55,573 nucleotides of DNA from the NCBI GenBank assembly GCA_032718475.1, contig JAUCBJ010004679.1, positions 1-55,573 of the forward strand, written 5' to 3'. Every line of letters starts with the position of its first letter. Positions within the stretch are counted from its first letter, which is position 1. This document shows positions 33,346-45,016 of the stretch, piece by piece. The notes under the pieces were generated by a model. That model was not told where the DNA came from. It did no database searches and saw only the letters and a list, made by a program, of their open reading frames with translations. Source of the DNA: Nemertoderma westbladi. Taxonomy: Eukaryota; Animalia; Xenacoelomorpha. Both the position numbers and the translations under genes were made by a program.

Positions 33346-33610
33346 ACCCAGTCACTCAGTGAACACCGGTGACATCTTTGCACCGTCATCGTCACCCAAT
33401 ACTGCTATGCCGGTACATATCTTGTCAATCTACTATTGCTGCTTAACTGTAACTTACTGTGTCATATATATATATATCATTATCTGAATACCAAGGAACA
33501 TCAATCAATTCTTATTGTTTCACTACAACGGCCTCGGCCTCGGCACCCAAGGGTAAACACAGTGACGCGTAGCAAACCAAATCCGGTCGGGATCCCTCGA
33601 TCCCGTCACA

Positions 33611-33620
33611 GTGCAAAGAT
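33611..33620 (+). promoter_or_regulatory. Non-tRNA primer-binding position, complementary to the element's own LTR
   Basis: gtgcaaagat directly follows the LTR end (..gtcaca) and is the reverse complement of atctttgcac at 33374-33383; no TGG nearby. Confidence 0.6.
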
Positions 33621-33988
33621 CTAAGGGAACCACTATCAAAACTGTGACTGCCAAGGAAGTTAAAGATGAGCCAAGAAGGAGAGACGACACCGCCGCAGAC
33701 CCCGGACGACAACCTAACGATCCGCGAGGCCGCGGCGAGACGGTATCGACCCACGAGGCCGGATTCGCCGACGAGAGACAGTCCGGCGGCCCAGGCGGAG
33801 GGCGGCCGTCTACCACAGTGAGGGACGAGCGAGTCGAGAGAAGGGAGAGACGAGTCGACGCACGACGGCGGTCGACGTACCGATGTCGCTGGCCAGCCAC
33901 AGGCCGAGGGCGACGGATGGCCCTCCGGAACGGCGACGGTGGGGCCGCCGGTACGACAGGGGAGTAGAGAGTTATTGCAGATAGATGT

Positions 33989-35940
33989 ATGGGCCCCAAT
34001 ATATTAACATCAACCCCAGTACCAAACATACCGGTGGGGGGGGGGGGGGGGGGGGGGGGACAGCGTGACATTCCCCCATTACAATATCAACAATATACTC
34101 AAACAGGAATAAGAACATCGAACCCCCTGGACGAGAACAGGTCGTGCGACACGGAAATATGGAGGGGGCCGTTACCCCCAATGATATATACAACTCAAAT
34201 AAAATCAACAGATAGGACGGGCGGACTGCACCAAACAGGAGAATCTGTACAGCATCCATCGAACCCATTGGAAGCACAGGTAATGGGAATGGCGACACTA
34301 ATCGATGCACTGAAGACCAGGATCGAGTTACCACCAATCGAGCCATTTAAATTCGACGGAAGTAGGCCGGAAGAATACCTGCAATTTCGGCGCATGTACA
34401 GCAATGAGATATTAAGTAAGAACCTGACGCAGGCGGAGTGCCTAAAATATCTACAGGTGTATACAGGAGGCCCAGCATACGACATCGTGAGGCAGTACCA
34501 GGGCATCGAGGGTGGCTTCACGACAGCATGGCGGGCACTAGACAGGGAGTACGGGCACCCGGCCAAGATCATCCGGCAGACCCTGAGAGGTATAACATTG
34601 GGTGGCCTACAAGACAACCCTGTTAGCATAAAGACCTTTGCGAACAAGGTCGAGAAGGCGTTAATCATGTTAAAGACGCTAGACGCGCCATACAAACTCA
34701 ACGCATCTAATAACATCACCACGATAGCGCAGGCACTGCCGATCTGGCTGCGGAGCAAGTGGAGGAAGATCACCTTCTCCATTCGGGAGAAGAAAGGTGC
34801 GGAGCCAGGGCTAGAGGAAATGTCGAGCTTCCTAAACTACGAAGCCGAGTTGATAACACACCCAGTCTATAGTGAGGATAGTTTGGGGAAGGCGCCAACA
34901 ATACCGAATACAACAGGCCTAAACCCGAACACAATCCTGCAGATCCATTCCCGAGAGTAAGACAGTCGCTACGACACGCGGCCACACAGGGGGCTACAAG
35001 CCCACAGTTAGCTGTGATTAGGGCCACACCATGGCAGGGACAGAAAGAAAATAACACCACAAATAAACACAATCCCAACATACCCAGTAGGCCGAGTCTA
35101 GATAACCAAAACACTAAATCGGTAGATATAAACCTACGCGCGATACGTGAAGGACTATACAGGGAACGCTATAACCCAGGATTCGAATGTCAACTGCATA
35201 GGGACGGAACCCATAAGACCATGAGTTGTAAGCACTGGCAAGCGTTGCCCAAACAAGATCGTGTAGCCTACACAGACGCAAACGGACTATGTCATCGATG
35301 TGTGGTAGAAGGACACAGATCCGGAGAGTGTAGAGAAACAGCAGTTAGAGAGTCCGAGACTGGAGGCCAAACAATGGCTACAAGCACGACAGTGGCAAGA
35401 AAGAAGAGAAAAGTACTACTCGGGGTAGTACCAGTGAAGATATCAGGAGAGGGCAGTCGATCAGTAACGACATTAATGCTGGTCGACAGCGGAGCAGCCT
35501 TCACGCTGGTGGAGAACTGGGTGGCCGAAGAGATAGGGCTAAAGACGAGGCCGAATAGAATGGCGGTAACTACCGTCTCAAGTAAGGATGAGGTCCTGGA
35601 GATGAGGACGGGGCGGTGCAGGATATCAGCGATTGCACCGGGATGCGACTATGGGGCGACCATCGACCCCATCCAGGTGATAGAATCGATAAATATCAAC
35701 GCCAGGCGACCAACCAACATTGAGGTCGAACAATATAGATTCCTGGACGGTATCGATTTCTCAATACCAGAGGTGGACGTTAGGAAGGTATCCATTATAG
35801 TAGGAATGGACTGCCCGACGGCCCACGAGAGAATAAGACGGTCTTCGGCGAAGACAGACAGCGGGATCCGACGGCAATCCTCACGCCGTTCGGATGGACG
35901 CTTAGCGGCCCAGTTAAAACCAAGATTCCATCCAGAGTGA
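33989..35940 (+). pseudogene. gag: gag core and protease of A2 (frameshifted)
   Basis: ORFs 33989-34960 and 35014-35940 are near-identical to A1 in the DUF1759-like core and LVDSGA protease; knuckles CQLHRDGTHKTMSC and CHRCVVEGHRSGEC. Confidence 0.88.
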
Positions 35941-37047
35941 CGGAGACATCAGGGTGCATGTTACCAGGCACCGTAGACGCAGAGGACGCAGAGGAGAGAC
36001 CAGGAGACGGTAGATAAGCCAGACGGGGAAGTAACAGTAAGAGAGTGGGCGGAGGAGAATGGATTTGACGCGGAAGACTTAGAGGCAATGGGATGGAACA
36101 AGGGTCCCAGCAAGTATCGGTATGGGGATGGAGAGGAGCGGACGGCGAGATGTCCGGAGGACAACAGTGTCCGGTGGAGTGTCAGGAGGACAAAGTCGGA
36201 GGAGTGTCCGGAGGAGTGTCCAGAGGAGTGTCCGGAAGAGACGCCGGTCCGGTTGAGAGGCATACCGACAAGGGGAGGTCGAGTAAGGAAGACAGGATGG
36301 AAAGGGATAGGACTACTATTGTACGTTCTGTTTTGTCTGTTCTTTCACTTTCTTTTCATTCTGCCACCGGGAGACAACAAGGTGGGAGGTGGCATTTTGA
36401 TGCCAAGAGACGAGGAAGTTAAGAAGGCGGCGGAGAGACCCGATTTTGGGGTGGCAGAAGAGGGAGAACCAATTCCTGGTGAGTTGGAATTGGCGGAGAG
36501 AGTGTGGCGAAGAATAAGAGGACGTATAGGGGGGCAGTGGGAGAATGCCTCCTGGAAAGAATCGATGGAAGATCAAGGGGGACATTAGAGTTTAGTCGTC
36601 CAATATTTTGGACTGAGGGGGGTGGGAATGAGGGCGAGACGCCCTTCCCACACAAATAATTATTTAATTAAAATAAATAATAAATAATTAAATAATAAAT
36701 AAGTAGAAGTTAGATAGTAAGTAGAAATATTTAGAAATGTAATAAAGTTATTACAGTAGATTTATACTATATAATACTGTATACTTTTTTGGTGAAGGTT
36801 TACTACAGGTACAGTGCTGATAGATGATTTATTGTTTGAGAGACAAGCCAGCAAGCAGATTATTATATTTAGTATTGTCTGACAGCTGACCCCTTTTCTT
36901 GTTGCTTTAGCTGACTGCCGGATGCAGTCAGCATTATGTTCGACTGAAGGCTGACTGTTGGATACAGTCAGCACTGATATATTTGGTGTGTGTATATTCC
37001 GCACATTTTGGTGCCTGGACCCGGATCCTGTTGAATGAAGGAATATA

Positions 37048-37890
37048 AAAATCCCGAATAGATTTCAAAATCGCAGTTATGACGTTTAGAGCTATACAAG
37101 GCACTGCCCCTTCTTACTTGTCGGACCTTATTAAACCCTGCAGTAATAACCGAACAGGCCGAAATATGAGATCTGTTTCATCAAACTGTCTACAGGTTTA
37201 TCCAGCTCGAACAACGTTTGCTAGACGATCATTTAGCTATGCAGCACCGATGGTTTGGAATGCACTGACTTGTGACCTGAGAGATCCAAGTATTACACTT
37301 GAGATGTTTAAAGCTAGACTGAAAACACACTTTTTTAATCTGTATTTTAACTCATAATTGTTGCAAAGTTTTTAATTGGGAAATTATTTATAAAAATTAT
37401 AATTTTACACATAATTATTATTAAAGGGATAACAATACAGAACTATGATGCTATTTATGAATTATATGATTTTTATCGATAACATTTATTTAGAACATTT
37501 TTAGAACACGATTGCATTTTATGCATTTTATATTCGATATATTTTTAATTTACGGCCAAACACTGTACAGTATTACAACTTTGCTATTTATGGAATCGGT
37601 TATCTTTGCAAATTTGTAATGGAAGAACTTATATTTTTGAAATTAGTACTGTTTGTTTTTTAAATAATCGTAAATTATTTTGCGATAACTTGATGTAATA
37701 ATTTTAAATCCCTTGTATTTTTAATGTGTGTTGTAAATATAAGTTTGTAATAATTAATTAGTATGTAATAGTTAATTAGTATTTGTATTTAAATAATGTG
37801 CAGAACTATAAATTTGATTACGGTGCCCTCTGCATGACTAATGTTAGAAGGGGGCACGTTAATAAGCCATTATTATTATTATTATTATAT
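37048..37890 (+). mobile_element. L2/CR1-group LINE 3' fragment inside the leader of BEL family B
   Basis: RIDFKIAVMTFRAIQGTAPSYLSDL..RSFSYAAPMVWNAL..FKARLKTHFF C-terminus; 3' stem gtgccctct..agggggcac followed by an (TTA)n tail. Confidence 0.85.
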
Positions 37891-38253
37891 AATCAGTGTT
37901 TGGGAATACTGTTTGGCAGTTTGGTGAATACTGGAATACCTACTGCAGTACTGAACTGGAGTAATTAATCAGATAGGCTCAAACTGCAAACTGTTATATT
38001 TGGATACAGTACAGCAGTAAACTGCGTATTCGACGGACGTACCTGTATCTACGGTCAGACGGTTAGGCCTAACGAGCCTATTGGCCTACCTATATTCATA
38101 TTGCTGTATTAGTCAGTACGGTATATAACGGTACTGGTACTGCATTTCGGCATTCGGAAATAAACTGGAACTGTGACACAACGCAAATTACGAAGTCAAT
38201 CCGGCCAGAAATATTTGTAATTTAATCTACCTAACCTAGGCCTTGTAGATAGA

Positions 38254-41200
38254 ATGGCTGAACCGCTGGGTAAGTTAAGGAAACGGAGAGCAGGTCATAA
38301 AGCAACCGCTACTCGTTTAATGGGAGATCTCCATGGCGAAATGTACTCAGATTTCGCCAACCGTACATTACACGATGATGTCAATGTTGAAACTATAGAG
38401 GATTTATCCGAGGGATTGCGAAATCAGAGGGCGAAAATAGCTGAGTTGACTGAGGAGATTCAACATCTTGTAGAAGATGAAGATCAGTTAGTTACCGAAA
38501 TCAATTCGTCTGCTAAGGATGACATGCAGATAGGTTCCTTATTGCATCGAATAGATAAGTTATTAGGTCTAAGTAATTCTGTAAGTCAGCATGGCCAAAT
38601 CCACCCTTCTGATCACATCGGTTTTAATCCGGAAAATACTGGGTTAGATAGAACCCAGATAGGAAATACGAGGCCTATGGGATTAACCCCTCAGAAGCTT
38701 CCAAACCTTAAACTTCCAAAATTTAGTGGCGATCCGATAGAATGGCCCAATTTCTGGGATCAATTTGAGGATGCAATACATAAGAGAACTGATCTAGCTA
38801 TTACATCTGATACAGGGGATGTTTGTTTGGCAACTTCGGGTGGATCTACATTACTTCCTACCGCAATCTGTCCTATAAGATTCCTAAATGATGGGAAGGA
38901 GGATGATTACTCTGTTCGTACAATTCTCGATCAAGCTGCACAACGTACTTTTATACTCCGTCGAATTGTCAAGGCATTAGGATTGAAGACAATTAATAAG
39001 GTTTCATCTTCTATAGACGGATTTAATAAGGAAGGACCAAGGAAGGTTTATGATGAAGTTCGTTTCCGAATTTCAACTTCGGATGGTTTAATTGAGACTT
39101 GGGCGTTAGTTGTAGATAAGTTGCCTCTTAGATTATCTTCCCCGGGTCGTACCAAGATGGTCTCTCAACTACAGCTGCGTGGATTTAAGTTAGCAGATCC
39201 TCGTACCGGAGATGATTTATCTGACATTGGGTTGTTGATAGGAGTCGACCAGTACTTTAACTTCGTTTATGGGGAATGTATTCAAGGTGGTATTTATCGG
39301 CTTCCTTCTAATCTTGGTGATGTCATTACTGGTACATTGCCTTTATGTGATTCCCAATCAAACTCAATTCAATCAAATGTTATTACGGCTCTCCTTATTG
39401 GTTGTGTTGAAGAGTCGGATAATCTTGATGATGCCCTCGAACGACTTTGGAGATTAGATACAATCGGTATCTCATCTGATGACACCAACCCTATTGATGA
39501 AGCTGTTATGAAGGAATTTGAAGAAAACACTAAGTATGTTGATGGAAGATATGTTGTTCGTCTACCTTGGAAACCGGATTTTCCATGTCTACCATCCAAT
39601 TACGGATTATCGATAAAGCGACTTCAGTCGACATTGACGAAGTTGTCAAAGAATCCTTTGTTATTGGAATGTTATAATAGTATTAAATTCTTCAACAGTT
39701 AGAACGTGGATTTATAGAACTAGCACCCCCCTATATTGCTACGGGTTCTAAAATACACTACCTAGCCCACCATGGAGTTGAAAAACAATCGATAACAACT
39801 CCATTACGAATCATATTCGATTGTTCGGCACGGGCTGGTCGTGGGTTACCGAGTCTCAACGATTGTTTGTATTCGGGACCGAGTTTAATCTCACAAGATC
39901 TCATTGAAATGCTACTGCGTTTTCGTCTGAACCTGTATTGCGCATTGGCGGATATCGAGAAGGCTTACTTACAGGTGATATTAGATGAAAACGATCGTGA
40001 CGTCACACGCTTCATGTGGCCAGAGGATCCAACCAATCCTCACAGTCCTTGGGTCACATATCGATTTCGAGTAGTCCTTTTTGGTGCTACTTGTTCCCAA
40101 TTCCTTCTCAATGCTACTGTGCGTCATCATGTCCGCAAACTAAACCCTCCATGCGCTCAACGTATTCTCAATGGTTTGTACGTAGACAATTTACAAGCTA
40201 ATGATAATTCTGAGCATTGTTTAATTAATTTTTATAACGAAAGTCGCGGTATTTTATCCGCTGGTGGGTTTCCTTTAAGGGAGTGGGTTACTAATTCACC
40301 AGAATTAGCTGAGTTGATAAAAGTAAACCATGACGGACCTAAAGTAACTAATAATGAACAAAAGGTTTTGGGATTATGTTGGAACATGTCTGATGATGCC
40401 ATAGGATTCCAAGATAGGAGGAACATGACATCATCAGCGGTTATTTTAACAAAACATAAGGTTGTTAGTTTGGCATCAAGGGTTTTTGATCCATTGGGAT
40501 TCATAAATCCAGTGACAATACGATCTCGTTTATTAATACGGGATATATGGGCTCTCGGTATTAAATGGGACGCCCCACTCCCAGACAACATTGTAAAAGA
40601 GTGGCATAACATTGTTTCTGATCTTATTTTGTGCTTTAGTTTTTGTCTGCCTAGGCAATTATGTGTAACTCCTGAAGCATCTATACAGTATACACGCTTT
40701 TTGTGATGCATCAGGAAAAGCTTTCGGTGCTGTTATTTATATTGTTTTAGATAATATTTCTAAAGTTGTGATTTCCAAGTGTAAACTTGCTCCAATCAAG
40801 GGTGGTAAAACCACGCCATCATTACCGCAGCTAGAATTGACAGCTGCTGCTATTGGATCAAAACTTCTAAAGTTTGTAACAAATGTTTATAAAGTTGAAA
40901 CTGATAATAGTAATAAATTATTTTTGTGGACTGATAGTAAAATAACATTGGCCTGGATTAATTCTGACAAAATACAAAAACCGTATATCCAACGCCGTGT
41001 TCTAGAAATAAGAGAAAACTTACCCAATGGTACATTTCTTTATGTACCAACAGACGACAATCCAGCTGATTGTTTATCTCGTGGTATTTCGGCCAAGAAA
41101 TTTCTTAAATTTAATTTATGGATTTCTGGTCCAACCTGGCTCACATCTGATAATTGGCCAAATCAAAATGATATTTCTGTTGACCAAATGGAGCCAGGTG

Positions 41201-43022
41201 AACAGCCAATTGTATCTATTGCAACAATGTCTGTTAATGAGACTGTTATTTGTACTCCCCCTGTTATATGTCCAATCGATATTAAACGTTTTGGGAATTT
41301 CAATAAGTTGATAACTGTAACAGCTTTAGTATTTCGTTTTATTAGAAATTTAAAGTGTGCAATTGTTGATAAATCTCGTACTCGTACTATAGTTGATATT
41401 GTGCCAAGTAATGTGCATTTTAATATTTTTCCATTGTTACGAGTGAGTGAAGTGCGCGATGCTGAAATTTGGTTAGTCCAACAGGCACAGCGTGAATCTT
41501 ATCCGGAGGTTTGGGATTACTTGATTACTTCTAAAGGTCGTATGCCAACTATTGTGCGTCAATTACATCTTACTATGATGGATGGTATGATTCGTAGTGT
41601 GGGAAGAATCGACAATGCCAATCTGCCATGGGAAACTAAATACCTCTTGTTTCTACCATCCCACCATTGGTTAACACATTTAATCATTAAGTACACGCAT
41701 GAACATTTAGTTAAGCACTCGGGTATTGCAGATACAGTAGTTTTCTTAAGACAAAGGTGGTGGATTCCAGCTATCCGTCAACGAGTTCGATCTCTGTGCA
41801 GACAGTGTACAACATGTCGTAAAATTCAAGGACCCCATTATCAAGTACCCCCTCCTCCCCCATTACCTAACATTCGAGTACAGGAATGTCATCCATTTAA
41901 GTGTAGTGGTGTAGATTACACCGGCAGTTTATTAGTGAAAGGCAACGACGACAAATTCAAGGTGTATATAGCATTATTTACTTGTGCTGCGAGTCGTGCG
42001 GTCCATTTAGAAATAGTGCGTGATAATAGTACTGATGCTTTCCTACTGGCTCTGCGACAATTTGTTGGGCGGCGAGGGTGTCCTTCGAGATTGTTGAGTG
42101 ATAATTCGTCGACATTCACCTCAGCAGATGGTTGTTTAAGGCAGGCCAAAGAAGACCCTAGTGTCAGTAAGTTCTTATTGTCACATCGAATTACATGGGA
42201 TTTTATCCCCCCAGCAGCACCATGGTTTGGCGGGATATGGGAACGCCTGGTGCGAATGATGAAGACTAGTTTGAAGAAGGTGTTAGGTTGCGCGTTAATA
42301 TCTCTAGAAGAGTTACAAACGCTTATTGTTGAAGTTGAGTGTATAATGAATGACAGACCTCTTACTATGTTTCGGGAGATAATAGTGATCCACAGCCACT
42401 AACTCCATCAATGTTAATATCAGGTCACCGCATTAATACATTGTATAATCCCAATAGCCTCGATAGTGATGTGTGGCGTGATCCCGATTATTGTCCAACT
42501 GTATCTAGAGATAGTCTAACTCGTAGTCATCTTCGTTTGCTAAAGTTATTGAGTGATCTGTGGACCCGGTGGTCCAAAGAATATTTAACAACATTGCGGG
42601 AGCACCATCGTTGGGATTCTCGTGACCCTAGTAATGTTGTGAGTGTTGGAGACGTAGTTCTCATCCATGATAATGTCCTACCGCGTGGGCGTTGGAATCT
42701 AAGCAAGGTGATAGACTTACATCCGGGTAATGATGGGTGGGTTCGATTCGTAACCTTACGTACTGCTACGGGAATATACAAGAGACCAATTAAGAAACTC
42801 TATCCAATAGAATTAGCGTCTCCCGCCTCCGACGATCCTATTGGTAACAACCCTGTGGTTTCTGCACGCCCCCAAGCGGTGGTTAAGTTCGACAATCCTT
42901 CAGAATGCCAGCCCTCACAGCGTAAGGCGGCTCAATCGGCTAGAGAGAGAGTTTCATCTTATTATGACGATATTAGTGAGTCTTCAAAGTCTGAGTGCAG
43001 TTCTGGAAGTGAAAGTTTTTAG
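38254..43022 (+). pseudogene. pol: gag-pol of BEL family B, frameshifted, with an in-frame gag deletion
   Basis: KLPNLKLPKFSGDPIEWPNFWDQF runs abruptly into the protease region (LDQAAQRTFI) with no knuckles; RT ADIEKAYLQV..FGATCSQFLL..LYVDN; RNase H FCDAS..ELTAA..WTDS..NPADCLSRG; integrase GVDYTG..SDNS..WFGGIWERLV; WTRWSKEYL..VGDVVLI. Confidence 0.93.
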
Positions 43023-43544
43023 TAACAAATGACGGATTTGTAGTTAGTTAATATGTATTGTTCAGTAATTGTTATTTACGAAAGATGTTTTTAATAATTT
43101 TAGTGTATATTATTTGCAACTGTACCCAATTGATTATTTTTGGGCGGGAGAATGTAATAAAGTTATTACAGTAGATTTATACTATAATACTGTATACTTT
43201 TTTGGTGAAGGTTTACTACCGGTACAGTGCTGATAGATGATTTATTGTTTGAGAGACAAGCCAGCAAGCAGATTATTATATTTAGTATTGTCTGACAGCT
43301 GACCCCTTTTCTTGTTGCTTTAGCTGACTGCCGGATGCAGTCAGCATTATGTTCGACTGAAGGCTGACTGTTGGATACAGTCAGCACTGATATATTTGGT
43401 GTGTGTATATTCCGCACAAGAAGTATGAAAGTTAGTAGATAGTTAGATAGTAGAAGATAGTAAGAAGATAGTAAGTAGTAGTTAGAAGATAATAGAAAGT
43501 TAGGTTAGAAGTCGGCGGGTAAGGGAGTGTGGTATATTAACATG

Positions 43545-43745
43545 CCACGAGTAGCAGAAGGGTTGTGGGCACCAGAAGCGCCACGTAGAAAGTAGTAGTA
43601 GAGAGGTTGTGAGAGCCGGAAGCGCCACGTAGATGGAGGTAGTAGCAGAGAGTGGTTGTGGGCACCGCAAGCGCCACGTAGATGGAGGTAGTAGCAGAGG
43701 GTGGTTGTGGGCACCGAAAGCGCCACATAGAAAGTAGTAAGCGGA
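43545..43745 (+). repeat. 44-49-bp tandem array in the 3' region of A2, followed by (agagtt/agt)n tracts
   Basis: gcgccac recurs at 43578, 43622, 43671 and 43720. Confidence 0.8.
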
Positions 43746-44359
43746 GTACACTTAGTAGAGAGTTAGAGAGTTCTAGTTAGAGCTAGTAGAGTAGAGTTAG
43801 TAGAGAGTTAGGAGTTAGTTAGAGCTAATAGAGTTAGAGTTAGAGTCAGTAGAGTTAGAGTTAGTAGAGTAAGTAGTAAGTAAGATTTAGATAAGAGAGT
43901 AAGTATAAGTTAAATTTAGATAAGGTAGATAGCACGATAGCACAGTACGGTAGCACAAGTATAGGAGCACAGAGATAGTGAGAGGAGCTGTTGGCGAGAG
44001 AGAAGTTAGATTGCGAGTCAGGTGTGGGGAAAGAGTAAGAGTGGGGAGAGAGTAAGAGCGGAGTTAGAGTGGAGTTGGAGGAGAGTTGGAGTGTGAAGTT
44101 AGAGTTTAAGAGAAATATTTAAAAATTGAGTGAGAGTCCACAATTGTCTCAAACCGAGATGCCAGATGTCTTGGTGCAACATAGGTTGTGGTTGCGCCAA
44201 GAGAGGGTAGCGACATCATACCCAGCGGGAGCGGCCTGGAAAGCCGACTCCGAGTAAGATAACTCCACCCCACACCCGATAGTAGATCGAGTTCCAGCGG
44301 AATTGAAGCGCACTTGAGGTTGATGCTATCGTCTCACCGGGAAGATAGCATGGGGGGAG

Positions 44360-44974
44360 TGAGAGCGGATTCAATTCCGCTCACCAACCCCCATAAAGTT
44401 GGAAAGGGCGCCTTTAAGCAATATTGGGGAGTACGAGGTTGATTGCCAATCAACCTCGTATCACCCCCAATAAACGGGGACGACAAACCTCAAAGGGCCT
44501 CACACAATGGAGGTCAGAGGTTAAGCCTCCGGGGAGAAGGAAAGTAACAGCAGCGGGGGGGGGGGGGGGGGGGGAACTCTCCCACAGAGTAAAAGGCGTG
44601 AAGTGGGAAATTAGCCAATAAGGAACAAGGAAGGTATCGCTAGATGAAGGCCACAGTACCATAAGGGTGTTTAGATATATTATGCTGTGTACCATACCGG
44701 TCAGTTAGTTTACGCAGTCACTCAGTGAACACTGGTGACATCTTTGCACCGTCATCGTCACCCAATACTGCTATACCGGTACATATCTTGTCAATCTACT
44801 ATTGCTGCCTAACTGTAACTTACTGTGTCATATATATATATATATCATTATCTGAATACCAAGGAACATCAATCAATACTGTTTCACTACAACGGCCTCG
44901 GCCTCGGCACCCAAGGGTAAACACGGTGATGCGTAGCAAACCAAATCCAGTCGGGATCCCTCGATCCCGTCACA
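44360..44974 (+). repeat. 3' LTR of A2 (615 bp)
   Basis: Starts tgagagcgg after the PPT, ends cccgtcaca; matches 32479-33610 once the RTE insert is removed. Confidence 0.92.
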
Positions 44975-45016
44975 TAATCCTCTAAATAATAATAATAATA
45001 ATGTTATTCTCCATAA

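Larger units (their letters stand above)
36738..43418 (+). mobile_element. BEL/Pao LTR retrotransposon family B, nested in the 3' region of A2
   Basis: LTRs 36738-37005 and 43153-43418 differ by only one substitution and a 2-bp indel as far as seen; flanks agaaa / agaag (5-bp TSD, 1 mismatch); PBS tggtgcctggacccggat at 37009-37026 (tRNA-His-like); PPT gggcgggagaa at 43142-43152. Confidence 0.95.
32479..44974 (+). mobile_element. BEL/Pao family A copy 2: internally deleted gag-protease-only derivative with two LTRs, hosting nested insertions
   Basis: 5' LTR 32479-33610 (first ~35 bp missing, RTE insert inside) and 3' LTR 44360-44974 are nearly identical; gag/protease at 33966-35960 closely match A1; post-pol block at 36586-36652 and 3' block at 44121-44359 match A1. 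Confidence 0.9.

Noticed and set aside
36762-37004. Duplicated ~80-aa minus-strand ORF (also 43166-43417)
   Set aside because: Duplicated only because it lies in the two LTRs of family B; non-ATG start and no recognisable motif.
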